DNA of 64,000 bases from IMG/VR virus record IMGVR_UViG_3300023707_000001, one strand, 5' to 3'. The notes below the pieces were generated by a model. That model was given only the letters and a program-made list of their open reading frames with translations, did no database searches and was not told the DNA's origin. Made by a program: the position numbers and the translations under genes. This document shows, in pieces, positions 1 to 8,779 of the stretch (within the stretch, counting starts at the first letter, position 1; the number at the start of each line of letters is the position of its first letter). The DNA comes from a virus (lineage: Duplodnaviria > Heunggongvirae > Uroviricota > Caudoviricetes).

Positions 1-246
1 TACGATGCCCGCGCAGTATTCCTTATCACAAATGATGTATCCCGTAACGGCCAGAATGCAGAGATTTACTACACGCAGAAGAACGATACGCAGAAACATC
101 CAGTGCTTGAAATTTATTGGGCCAAGAACAAAACCTCCTCATTTAAGGAGCGCACCTACTGTTACTTCTGCCCGGAAAACTCCCTGGCTATTGAAGTCAA
201 GAAAGAACAGCAGGAAGAATTCGACAGCATTATATATGCAGAGTAA
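1..246 (+). CDS. C-terminal end of DnaB-like replicative helicase (partial, frame 1)
   Basis: Frame 1 reads YDARAVFLITND...PVLEIYWAKNKTSSFKERTYCYFCPE...*, resembling the DnaB C-terminal motifs (DAD.v..l / E..iaKnR). Followed by a terminator. Confidence 0.6.
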   Translation, partial: YDARAVFLITNDVSRNGQNAEIYYTQKNDTQKHPVLEIYWAKNKTSSFKERTYCYFCPENSLAIEVKKEQQEEFDSIIYAE

Positions 247-248
247 TT

Positions 249-279
249 AAGACTTGCCTCACGGCAAGTCTTTTCTCTT
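249..279 (+). terminator. Rho-independent terminator
   Basis: aagacttgcc-tcac-ggcaagtctt stem followed by a T-rich tract. Confidence 0.8.
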
Positions 280-316
280 TCTTACTCGTTTTATCAATCT
301 TAATAACAAGTTTTTA

Positions 317-346
317 TTGACAAAATGGTAAGTAAGGATATATAAT
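317..346 (+). promoter_or_regulatory. Host sigma70/sigmaA-type promoter
   Basis: TTGACA-N18-TATAAT upstream of ORF 414. Confidence 0.75.
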
Positions 347-413
347 AAACACATAAAGCAACACAAAAGAATACAGCAAGCGCCAGATATAAGGGCGCGG
401 AAAGGAAAAACAG

Positions 414-632
414 TTGATTACTATTTCTTTAAAAGACACAGAAATCCCAGGACCTCTCAAGGAAATGTGCGTAAGCTACAATCCCGCTACGGAAGGAAGC
501 GTGCTCGACGAGGACCTGACGGTAGAAGAAAAGGCCACCATCCTTAATGGTAAGTTTAAAGATTTGCTCGACAGCTGGGGAAGACTGGTAGTCGGTGACA
601 CAGATTTTCAGCGAGCGTATTTGGAGGGATAA
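414..632 (+). CDS. Hypothetical protein
   Basis: 72-aa ORF after the promoter and an AAAGGA RBS. Confidence 0.6.
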   Translation: MITISLKDTEIPGPLKEMCVSYNPATEGSVLDEDLTVEEKATILNGKFKDLLDSWGRLVVGDTDFQRAYLEG

Positions 633-637
633 TCATT

Positions 638-1378
638 ATGGACACAATCGAATGCAAAGGGCTGACCATCACGATTATGTGTGATACTCCCATGATTGAC
701 AGCAAGGAACTGGCAAGAGAATTTGGGAAGAAACATCAGAACTTCCGAAACGCAACGGAAATTTATTTGAATTCTCTCCCGACAGCGAAATCGCATATTT
801 TGCTGGCTAAGGATGGAAAGAGCTATCTGTTTGACCTGCAAGGCTTTACGTCGATTGCCCCATACCTCGTGGGGAACAAAAACACGAAAGCCATGGAAAT
901 TGCAGAGGCATTTGAAGAAGCTTATCATAAAGTCTCTCGAAAGCGGGAGGAAAAAGCTACTACAAAGTTAAAACAGACGGCCATGCAGCTTCGCGACGAA
1001 CGCGACGATGCCATGGAAAAAGTAAAGGCACTCGATGCGTTATGCAACACGAAAGACTACTACTCTTTCTCGGACGCAGCCAAGTTGATTGGCATTCCGC
1101 GCAAGAAATTAATCCGGGCGCTTGAGGAACACGAATATGTTGTTCGTAAGGCAAGAGCGGGCCGTTACAATCAGACGACACTGATTCCGAAGGCAAAATA
1201 CATGGCAGACGGTTATGGCGAAGGATTGTTCGTATTAAAGCAGCTAAAGTTCGGCCCCGCCTGGAAAAACGAAAAAGGCGAAACTTGTCAGAGCACGACA
1301 ATGTGGCCATACCTTACGGAAAAAGGCATTGTAAAAATGCAAAGTCTCTTGAGGAGATGGGGTGAAATCGCTGCGTGA
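638..1378 (+). CDS. Rha-like / antirepressor (KilAC/ANT-like C-terminus) regulatory protein
   Basis: N-terminal IDSKELAREFGKKHQN (Rha-like); C-terminal YSFSDAAKLIGI...LTEKG (ANT-like); GGAGG RBS. Confidence 0.7.
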   Translation: MDTIECKGLTITIMCDTPMIDSKELAREFGKKHQNFRNATEIYLNSLPTAKSHILLAKDGKSYLFDLQGFTSIAPYLVGNKNTKAMEIAEAFEEAYHKVSRKREEKATTKLKQTAMQLRDERDDAMEKVKALDALCNTKDYYSFSDAAKLIGIPRKKLIRALEEHEYVVRKARAGRYNQTTLIPKAKYMADGYGEGLFVLKQLKFGPAWKNEKGETCQSTTMWPYLTEKGIVKMQSLLRRWGEIAA

Positions 1379-1597
1379 GATAAAGACTTGGAATTCTGCA
1401 CTCGGCGCAGAAAAGCACTGTCCCAATTTTGACCCATGTCCACTTTGTTTTGGATGCAGGAATTATACAGAAAAAGCGGTGCGGTGCGATAAGTGTGCAG
1501 AAGACAATTATAAAAAGAACATATGTAACACGGAGCGTCATACGGAAAAGGCGCTTGGTATGATGATAAGACAAACAGAATTAAAATTGTATGAGGC

Positions 1598-2281
1598 ATG
1601 AGTAAGAAAATGGAAGATTATCGCATCAATAAAATTTACGCAAGCCCCGAAGATATGTATTCGTGGCAGGACAGAATTAAGGGATATATTGCAGGAACTG
1701 AAAATTGTGACGGTATCACAATTCTCGCTCCAGAGGGATATGGCAAAACGTACTTTTGCCGCGACGTTGTAAACGAGGGACTGGAAATGCTTAGTCCTGG
1801 CGCAAACGTGCTGTATTATTCCCCTGACAATAAAACCTGTGACCGTGTAGCGGTAACCAGCGCTTTTATTCAGAAAGGGCATATGACAAAAGACTATACG
1901 GTTACCAATGAAGAACAGCAGACCATTGTGGTTCCGGCCAGCATGGCACAGCTGAAAAAGATTCTGTCCTCTGCTATGAAGTTTGACCTTATCGTCATTG
2001 ACGATGCAGACATGATAAGCAACCCTGTTCTTCATTCTGTAGTCTTGAAAAACATGATTGATGACGGAAAGCTCATTATTGTCGGCACATCATATGAACG
2101 TCAGGAAGTCCAGCTCACGAAAAGCATTTGGAAATGGCTCCTCAATCATCCGTGTTACACTGCATTTGAGGTTATCCGCCCGAGCAGCATAGCAGACAGC
2201 GAAGAGTATGATAGCGGGAATTTGGCACTGAGCCATCTGATTAGCATTCTCCATCCGCAGAATTATCGTTACACAGCATAA
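1598..2281 (+). CDS. P-loop ATPase, terminase-ATPase/helicase-like, possibly degenerate
   Basis: Walker A-like APEGYGKT and Walker B-like LIVIDDAD; only 227 aa, no nuclease domain. Confidence 0.55.
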   Translation: MSKKMEDYRINKIYASPEDMYSWQDRIKGYIAGTENCDGITILAPEGYGKTYFCRDVVNEGLEMLSPGANVLYYSPDNKTCDRVAVTSAFIQKGHMTKDYTVTNEEQQTIVVPASMAQLKKILSSAMKFDLIVIDDADMISNPVLHSVVLKNMIDDGKLIIVGTSYERQEVQLTKSIWKWLLNHPCYTAFEVIRPSSIADSEEYDSGNLALSHLISILHPQNYRYTA

Positions 2282-2301
2282 GAAAGCAGGTAAACAAAAA
2301 C

Positions 2302-2607
2302 ATGGTAAAAATTATTCCGATTGGCGAAAAACTGTTAGTTAAGCCGGAAACCGTTGAGACAAAAATGACCGAGGGCGGTATTGTTCTTCCGGAAACACTC
2401 ACGGAAAAGCCGCAGATTGGCGAGGTTGTTGCAACCGGCGAAGGCCGTATCCTGGAAAACGGCAAAATGATGCCGCTGACGGTAAAGGTAGGCGACCGCA
2501 TTATCTTCCGCAAATTTGCAGGAACGGAAATCAAAATCGACAAAAAGGATGAACCGCTTCTTCTTATCACGGAACGTGATATTCTGGGCATCATCGTAAA
2601 GCAGTAA
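2302..2607 (+). CDS. groES: Co-chaperonin GroES
   Basis: PIGEKLLVK...TEGGIVLP...GEVVATGEG...[18 protein letters not shown]...ERDILG. Confidence 0.95.
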   Translation: MVKIIPIGEKLLVKPETVETKMTEGGIVLPETLTEKPQIGEVVATGEGRILENGKMMPLTVKVGDRIIFRKFAGTEIKIDKKDEPLLLITERDILGIIVKQ

Positions 2608-2663
2608 GAAACTAGCCGTCGCAAAATAGCGGCGGCCGGACTTCTAAAACGGAGGAAATAAAC

Positions 2664-3254
2664 TTGCAATCTAATAATCAAAACGTCAACTATCTCGAGG
2701 AATGGGCTAACAGGCCGGATGTCCTTACCGAATATCTTGACGATAAGCTGACGGAAAAGCTGGAAGATGCCATAAAAAGACTTTACTATCCTGAGCTGCA
2801 GCAGTTTGTTGTGCTGGTTCTTACAAGGGAAAATGAGTTTATATCGGACATCGAAGATGCTCTTGGCGCTTTTCAGCTTGGCCTCAAATACTTCACGGAG
2901 CGTGGCTATTATCACATAATGGCACCGAGCAAGCAGACTTGCACATTCCTGGCATCGCTTCTTCTTCATAATGTTTATTTTAACCACCATGAACATGACG
3001 CATTTGACTGGCTCAGGGTGTTCTCCTTGCGGGATAAAACCGAAGGGCTCGCCTACGCACTGTATGAAAATATGGACTACAATGACCGTGGCATGTTTGA
3101 GTTTGTATATCAGAATGTTGAAGCGCAGCTCGGCGAAGCAATGCCGACTCCGGGCAACCGTCCTGTTCGTGGCCAGAATACGGAACACTTTTGGAATGTA
3201 CTCTGGTTCTATTATAACGGCAGAGTAGATATCTATGATAATCGAGATAACTGA
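2664..3254 (+). CDS. Hypothetical protein
   Basis: 196-aa ORF, TTG start with GGAGG RBS. Confidence 0.65.
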   Translation: MQSNNQNVNYLEEWANRPDVLTEYLDDKLTEKLEDAIKRLYYPELQQFVVLVLTRENEFISDIEDALGAFQLGLKYFTERGYYHIMAPSKQTCTFLASLLLHNVYFNHHEHDAFDWLRVFSLRDKTEGLAYALYENMDYNDRGMFEFVYQNVEAQLGEAMPTPGNRPVRGQNTEHFWNVLWFYYNGRVDIYDNRDN

Positions 3255-3963
3255 AGAACAACTCTTTGATTATATGAATTGTCCTGTGCGGTACGCAATT
3301 AAATATGGTAAGAACCATATCAAAGTACCGCCGCAGGTTACATATCCAAAATTACTGAATCAGGTTGTTTATGGATTTTGCCAATCTCTTAAAGATGGCA
3401 TCATTATGCCGCCCGATAAATTAAAGAGGCGGTGGGATGGAATCTGCAAGCAATACCCTGATAAAGTAACACCAGACAAAATCCGTGAAGGTTTTGGGGC
3501 TCTGTATAGATTCTATGAATATGCAGAGAGTAATCAAATCCTGGTTGCCGACATTGGTTCATCCTATATCCTTCGCGTTAAAGATGGAGAAGATACATAC
3601 ATCTATAATGGTACGCTTGGTATAATCCTTGCTAACCAAAATGGCGAGCCGGAGAACTTTAAGACAGACTTTTCCTCGAAGTTCCCTGACCAAAGCCGAT
3701 TGGACATGAACCTTAAAATCACGTTGGACCATGTAGGGTTTTACAATCTTTACAATACGCCGCTGACTGGCACGCGGGTCCATCATGTTAAGAAAAGCAG
3801 GGATTATTATACGACGCGCGATATACCAAGTGCAACGAAAAAGGTTGGCACGATTATCGCCAATGTATGCAAGTCCATAAAACAGAATATCTGGTATCCG
3901 CATGAAAATCCACTGTGTTCTTCTTGCGAGGTGCGGGATTTCTGCATGATGTATGGCTCCTAA
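3235..3963 (+). CDS. PD-(D/E)XK nuclease-like protein (Cas4/AddB-like Fe-S cysteine layout)
   Basis: N-terminal YMNCPVRY and C-terminal CSSCEVRDFC; the catalytic motif looks altered (ENFKT). Confidence 0.6.
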   Translation: MIIEITEEQLFDYMNCPVRYAIKYGKNHIKVPPQVTYPKLLNQVVYGFCQSLKDGIIMPPDKLKRRWDGICKQYPDKVTPDKIREGFGALYRFYEYAESNQILVADIGSSYILRVKDGEDTYIYNGTLGIILANQNGEPENFKTDFSSKFPDQSRLDMNLKITLDHVGFYNLYNTPLTGTRVHHVKKSRDYYTTRDIPSATKKVGTIIANVCKSIKQNIWYPHENPLCSSCEVRDFCMMYGS

Positions 3964-3994
3964 TAAAGCCAAAGTAGTTTAAGTGAGGTACAAG

Positions 3995-4156
3995 ATGTTA
4001 GAGTTAACAGAACGTGTAGGGGCAAAGCCCAAACTGGTAAAAAGGGTGCCGGGTGTATCGGTGAGTATTGGTGACACCATTCCTTTCGATGAAGCTGACA
4101 TGCCGGAAGAAGTTGCCAAAAAGGTAAAAGAAAACACGGAAACGAAAAAGGGGTAA
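3995..4156 (+). CDS. Small hypothetical protein (53 aa, MLELTERVG...)
   Basis: GAGG RBS; fills the gap between co-oriented genes; below the ORF-track cutoff. Confidence 0.55.
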   Translation: MLELTERVGAKPKLVKRVPGVSVSIGDTIPFDEADMPEEVAKKVKENTETKKG

Positions 4157-4162
4157 TTTCCT

Positions 4163-4771
4163 ATGCCGTTTCTCCGTAGAAGAGCAGCAAAAAAGACAAC
4201 AACCATAAAAAAGACAACAAAGACTTATGAGGTTGACGGAAAGACTTACAGCAGTAAGGCACTAAAAGATTATCACGTAGAGCTAAGTGGATATGTAGAG
4301 TCTGGGCTGATAAAATCTTTCGAATTGCCGGAGGGGAAACTTGCAAAGTCAAAATTTCACTCCATAAAGGCAACTATTGACGGTATCGAATTTGACTCAC
4401 TTAATGAGTCACGTTACTACATCCATGTTTTGGAGGAAGTAAAGGCCGGAAATATTAAGTCTTTTGAGCTGCAAAAAGCGTATGAAATCGTGCCATCACA
4501 TATTCGGCGCGGAAAAAAGATACGTAAAATGGAATACCTGGCGGATTTTGTATGTCAGATGTCGGATGGTACGGAAAAAGTCATCGATGTAAAAGGCATT
4601 GAAACAGATGTCTTTAAGATGAAAAAGAAATTAGTAGAATACCTTTATCCGAATGTTGAAGTGCAATGCGTCCGGTATGTTGCAAAAGAACGAGCGTGGC
4701 TGACGACTAAGGAATGCAAAGCCCGCGAAAAAGCCAAAAAGGCTTCGAAGGAGAAGAAGCTGGCAGGCTGA
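4163..4771 (+). CDS. DUF1064-family phage endonuclease-like protein
   Basis: IDGIEFDSLNE...FELQ...YLADF...VIDVKG..TDVFKMKKKL. Confidence 0.75.
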   Translation: MPFLRRRAAKKTTTIKKTTKTYEVDGKTYSSKALKDYHVELSGYVESGLIKSFELPEGKLAKSKFHSIKATIDGIEFDSLNESRYYIHVLEEVKAGNIKSFELQKAYEIVPSHIRRGKKIRKMEYLADFVCQMSDGTEKVIDVKGIETDVFKMKKKLVEYLYPNVEVQCVRYVAKERAWLTTKECKAREKAKKASKEKKLAG

Positions 4772-4800
4772 CAACTAAAAACTGTTGGAATCTCTAGTGA

Positions 4801-5820
4801 TTGGTAATCTTAAGCAGAAAGAAGATAACCATCATAAAAAAGAGAAAAAAACTTTTAGAAGACGTTGTTGTGCGCGACGTCGATAAAACCCAGGTTTTCG
4901 AAAATGGTTTTGTAACCATCCGAACTGTCTTTAAGGAAGAAGCAGATTATCTCTGGGATTTATACCAGCACGAAGATGAATGGCGCGAAATCGATGAGCT
5001 TGTGCGTCAGTATCAGGGGCAATTTAAAGAAGGGGCCACAGAAGAAGCCCGTCAGATTGCAAACGCAGCTGGCACAGAGCTCTTAAACAGATTCCAGCCG
5101 TTATTCAAAAAGTATGTAATCCTTTTAAAAAATGGCCAGATTAACTTCCATAATAGTGAGCAACGTCAGTTTGTACGCCTGTTTATTCAGGAGCTTCACC
5201 TGCAGAAGGCACTTAGCCGTAAAAATCCTGGCCGGGATTACTGTGAACAGATTACAGCCCGTTTTAACTTTTTGATTGAGGGCTATGGACACCAAGATGA
5301 AGAAGAGATTTATGACGATATGCGGGTGATCTTCTTCATGCTTGTTAAACGATATAAGGACGTGGGCCGCAGTTTCTGCTGTTACGTCTACAACGTGTTT
5401 AAGTACGAGGTTTGCCGTCATATTCAAAAATATCAGCGCAACCCGGCAAACTTTCATTATAAAATTGCAGAACTCGAGGATAACTGCAAAACGGTTATGG
5501 ATGACTACAGCTCTATCGAAGATGTCGTCTATGAAGATGACCAGGGGCTTCCCGATATGACATGGATTCGAGGCGATACATGTTCGGAAATCTTCCAGCA
5601 GTTTACCGATGAAGAACGGCTGATATTCTCGAAATATTACCTGCAGGATTGGAACGATAGTCAGATTGCCCAGCTTCTCGGTATGCATATCAACACTGCA
5701 AACCAGAGAAGAAAGAGCATTACCAGACGCTTATGCAAAACGCTTGGTTTTGACCCGAAGGACATTGTGAGACATCGTAAATCCGGAAAGAAAGCCATCC
5801 TCAACACAGAGGTAGCTTAA
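4801..5820 (+). CDS. Phage-encoded sigma70-family RNA polymerase sigma factor
   Basis: Region 2-like (LLNRFQPL...SFCCYVYNVFKYEV) and region 4 HTH (FTDEERLIF..YY...WNDSQIAQLLGMHINTANQRRKSITRRL); start codon uncertain. Confidence 0.75.
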   Translation: MVILSRKKITIIKKRKKLLEDVVVRDVDKTQVFENGFVTIRTVFKEEADYLWDLYQHEDEWREIDELVRQYQGQFKEGATEEARQIANAAGTELLNRFQPLFKKYVILLKNGQINFHNSEQRQFVRLFIQELHLQKALSRKNPGRDYCEQITARFNFLIEGYGHQDEEEIYDDMRVIFFMLVKRYKDVGRSFCCYVYNVFKYEVCRHIQKYQRNPANFHYKIAELEDNCKTVMDDYSSIEDVVYEDDQGLPDMTWIRGDTCSEIFQQFTDEERLIFSKYYLQDWNDSQIAQLLGMHINTANQRRKSITRRLCKTLGFDPKDIVRHRKSGKKAILNTEVA

Positions 5821-5867
5821 GTAAGGTTGGGGGCAATAAGCCCCCAAAAAATTGGAGGAAATAAATT

Positions 5868-6230
5868 TTGACCCCGAAGAAGAATTTAAAAAGTTTTTCG
5901 CCCGTGGTGAAATGGTCATCAGTAATAGTAAACCTTTTTGCGTGCCTCGCATGGTTATCATCGATAGGCGAAGGAAAATATGCAGCGTGGTTTTGCGTTA
6001 CCAATCTCATTAACACGATTGCGGCCTTTTTGTGGGCGAAGAATTTTTTGTATGACTATGCATTTTGGGCAATTTTAAGTATTATGAGCTTCTTGCAAGC
6101 AGCAGCCTATTTTAAAGACGGTGGCATGACTATGCTTGGCTTAACCTGTTGCTTTGCATTGTCCTTTGCGCTCATAGCGTATATTGCCCGTAAAATACTT
6201 GTGGAGGGATTACTTGATGACGAAGAGTAA
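5868..6230 (+). CDS. Small multi-pass membrane protein
   Basis: About four hydrophobic segments; GGAGG RBS, TTG start. Confidence 0.65.
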   Translation: MTPKKNLKSFSPVVKWSSVIVNLFACLAWLSSIGEGKYAAWFCVTNLINTIAAFLWAKNFLYDYAFWAILSIMSFLQAAAYFKDGGMTMLGLTCCFALSFALIAYIARKILVEGLLDDEE

Positions 6231-6774
6231 AATTATTGCAATTATCGTAGCCGTATTGCTGGCACTGTTCCTGGTGGGGAATTTTAACTCCCTTACCAAT
6301 AAGGATGTGGAAGTCCAGACGGCAGCCGCCCAGATTGATGTTCAGCTGCAGCGCCGTGCAGAGCTTATTCCGAACCTTGTAAACACGGTTAAAGGCTACG
6401 CTTCCCATGAAAAGGAAACGCTTACCGCAATTACCGAGGCTCGTGCAAAACTGCAGGACCCCAACGCAACACTTAAAGATAAAGCTCATGCAGACGGTGA
6501 GCTCACCAGTGCTCTTAACCGGCTGATGATGGTACAGGAAAACTATCCGAACCTTAAAGCGGACGCACACTTTACCGAACTTATGCGTGAACTTGCTGGC
6601 ACTGAAAACCGTGTCACGGTGGCCCGCACCCGTTATAATAAGGCGGTAGCCGATTACAACACTTCTGTTCGCACCTTCCCGGGCAATATCTGTGCAGGTG
6701 TTTTTGGTTTTGAACAGGCTGAGCCGATTGAGGCGACGGAAACCGAAAAGAAAAACCCCGAAGTAAAATTCTAA
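6217..6774 (+). CDS. lemA: LemA family protein
   Basis: N-terminal TM, then IDVQLQRRAELIPNLVNTVKGYASHE...ENYPNLKA...ENR...R..YN..V..YN. Confidence 0.92.
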   Translation: MTKSKIIAIIVAVLLALFLVGNFNSLTNKDVEVQTAAAQIDVQLQRRAELIPNLVNTVKGYASHEKETLTAITEARAKLQDPNATLKDKAHADGELTSALNRLMMVQENYPNLKADAHFTELMRELAGTENRVTVARTRYNKAVADYNTSVRTFPGNICAGVFGFEQAEPIEATETEKKNPEVKF

Positions 6775-6797
6775 ACCCGTAAAGGTGGCGAAATAAT

Positions 6798-7655
6798 ATG
6801 CAGAAAAAGATTATGGGCGCCATCCTTGTAGCCATTGCGTTAATCGTAATGGCTATGGGTGGCTCTTTTTGTCAGGCAGGCTCTATCCATGATGAAGCAC
6901 CCGCCCGCCTCGTCGATACGACAAAGACGTTGACGGTAGAAGAAAAAGCCAAGATTAACGACCAGCTCGAAGCACTCCATAATGCAGGAAAGGCCGAAAT
7001 GGTTGTTGTTATGGTTCCTGACCTTGAAGGAAAAACCGTGGAGGAATTCTCCATGGATATTGCAGAACGCTGGAAAGTTGGCAAGAAGGGCGAAGATAAT
7101 GGACTTCTCCTTGTTATCGCCAAAGACGAACATAAGATGCGTCTTGAGGTTGGCCGTGGTCTGGAAGGAAGTATCACAGACGGTATGGCCGGCGAGATAA
7201 TCGACCGGATGAAACCACAACTCCGAAACAACGATTTCGCAGGAGCAATCCTTAGTGCAACAGCAGATGTGGAATTAAAGATTGACGGCAAGGAAATTGA
7301 GCATGAAGGTGTAGATGGCCTTATCGATACGATATGCGATATTATCATCGTGCTCGCTTGCATTTATGCAGTGCTGATTTTCTTTACATGGTTGTACGAG
7401 GCACATAGGGCAAAATATCGGTACGGATTTATCAACAAAAGTTATGCTTATCGCTTCTTCTCGATTACTGTGTTCCTGTGGGCGGTTGAGAGCGTTTTTG
7501 AAGCAACGTTCGATATACTTATCACCATACCGCTCGATTGTTTAGGCGGTGGAAGCAGCGGCGGATATTCCGGCAGCTCAAGCTCGTTCGATTCAGGCAG
7601 CTCATTTGATTCGGGCGGCTTCTTCGATGGTGGGGGCTCATCGGGAGACTGGTAA
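6798..7655 (+). CDS. TPM-domain (YgcG-like) membrane protein
   Basis: WKVGKKGEDNGLLLVIA...RLEVGRGLEGSITD and Gly/Ser-rich tail ending GGGSSGDW; typical LemA partner. Confidence 0.88.
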   Translation: MQKKIMGAILVAIALIVMAMGGSFCQAGSIHDEAPARLVDTTKTLTVEEKAKINDQLEALHNAGKAEMVVVMVPDLEGKTVEEFSMDIAERWKVGKKGEDNGLLLVIAKDEHKMRLEVGRGLEGSITDGMAGEIIDRMKPQLRNNDFAGAILSATADVELKIDGKEIEHEGVDGLIDTICDIIIVLACIYAVLIFFTWLYEAHRAKYRYGFINKSYAYRFFSITVFLWAVESVFEATFDILITIPLDCLGGGSSGGYSGSSSSFDSGSSFDSGGFFDGGGSSGDW

Positions 7656-7705
7656 AATATTTATAGGGGGCCAAGTCGGGCCCCTAAATTTTATCTAAAA
7701 AACTA

Positions 7706-7734
7706 TTGCTTTTTTACCTTGAATGTTGTATACT
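7706..7734 (+). promoter_or_regulatory. sigma70-type promoter
   Basis: TTGCTT-N17-TATACT. Confidence 0.65.
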
Positions 7735-7764
7735 TAAATCAACGAAAGGGCGGTGGTAAATTAG

Positions 7765-8154
7765 ATGAAGAATGGGCATTACACCAAGGCAGACATTGTT
7801 GAGTTAAATACTTACAAGGAATCAAAGTTTGTGCGGGTTGCCGTAGCGGAGCTGATAAGCGGCACAAAAATATGGAGCAACGGACTGGACGTACAAATCA
7901 TAGAACCGTCTGGCGAGAAACAGATGTATATGGATTTTACAAAAGATAAGATTCCTGCGGTTTACGCAGTGGTTGCTGAAATGGTTTGTAAAAAGGCATA
8001 CGGGCATGGAGGTTACCGGCCTGGCGCCGGCAGGAAAAAAGACGAAAGCAAGGCACCCAAAATCGCATGTTCGTTCCGGCTGACCGCAGAGGAACGTGAA
8101 AAAGTAAAACAGTTTATTAATGATATGCGAGCAGAAAGTGGTGAGAAAAAATGA
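7765..8154 (+). CDS. Hypothetical DNA-binding protein
   Basis: C-terminal GHGGYRPGAGRKK...FRLTAEE motif. Confidence 0.55.
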   Translation: MKNGHYTKADIVELNTYKESKFVRVAVAELISGTKIWSNGLDVQIIEPSGEKQMYMDFTKDKIPAVYAVVAEMVCKKAYGHGGYRPGAGRKKDESKAPKIACSFRLTAEEREKVKQFINDMRAESGEKK

Positions 8155-8756
8155 ATAAGGTTTTCAGAGCACTACTTACAATACTTACTGGTTTATCTGT
8201 TTGGGTATCTGCTGCAGGCAGCAGCGAAGCAACCAATTACCTGGCTATCGGGTTTTGGAATGATGCGGAAAACTACACATTCAACAACACCAGCAACAGG
8301 CTGTGGGCGGAAGAATACATAAGGTCCAAAATGCTTGAAGAGCACGGACAGAGATGGATTGTAGAACACAAGCTCGCCGAAGATATTGGTAAGTTCGACT
8401 ACATGTCGGAGGCCGCCAAAGTTGCAGGAAATTGGGACCCGAACGCATATGTACTCCTGATTTGCGTAGATGAATGTTTTATAAACCATACTGATTTTAG
8501 TCATTGGAGAACCGGACATGTAGACCTCAAGGACCCCTTCGTTGGAATAAACATGTTCCTTTTCACGGGATACGGAGAAAGCATTTGTTCCAAAGGACTT
8601 AGCAAACATTTGTCAAACAGGCAGGAAGAGCCCGCGATACTGTTCAATGCACTGTATCGTCACTGCTTCCGCGATGCCTGGGATAACTTTTTTGACCCAT
8701 GGTTATTTCCAAAAAGGAAAAGACCACAAGGAAATTATACAGAGGATTACCTCTGA
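8151..8756 (+). CDS. Hypothetical exported protein
   Basis: N-terminal signal-peptide-like segment; ATGA overlap with the upstream gene. Confidence 0.55.
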   Translation: MNKVFRALLTILTGLSVWVSAAGSSEATNYLAIGFWNDAENYTFNNTSNRLWAEEYIRSKMLEEHGQRWIVEHKLAEDIGKFDYMSEAAKVAGNWDPNAYVLLICVDECFINHTDFSHWRTGHVDLKDPFVGINMFLFTGYGESICSKGLSKHLSNRQEEPAILFNALYRHCFRDAWDNFFDPWLFPKRKRPQGNYTEDYL

Positions 8757-8779
8757 TAAATATAAGGATGTGAAATACA

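Noticed and set aside
5-250. 81-aa ORF in the supplied track
   Set aside because: The overlapping frame-1 reading (1-246) gives a recognisable helicase C-terminus.
3235-3963. Cas4 as part of a CRISPR-Cas system
   Set aside because: No cas1/cas2 or array; solo Cas4-like proteins are common in phages.
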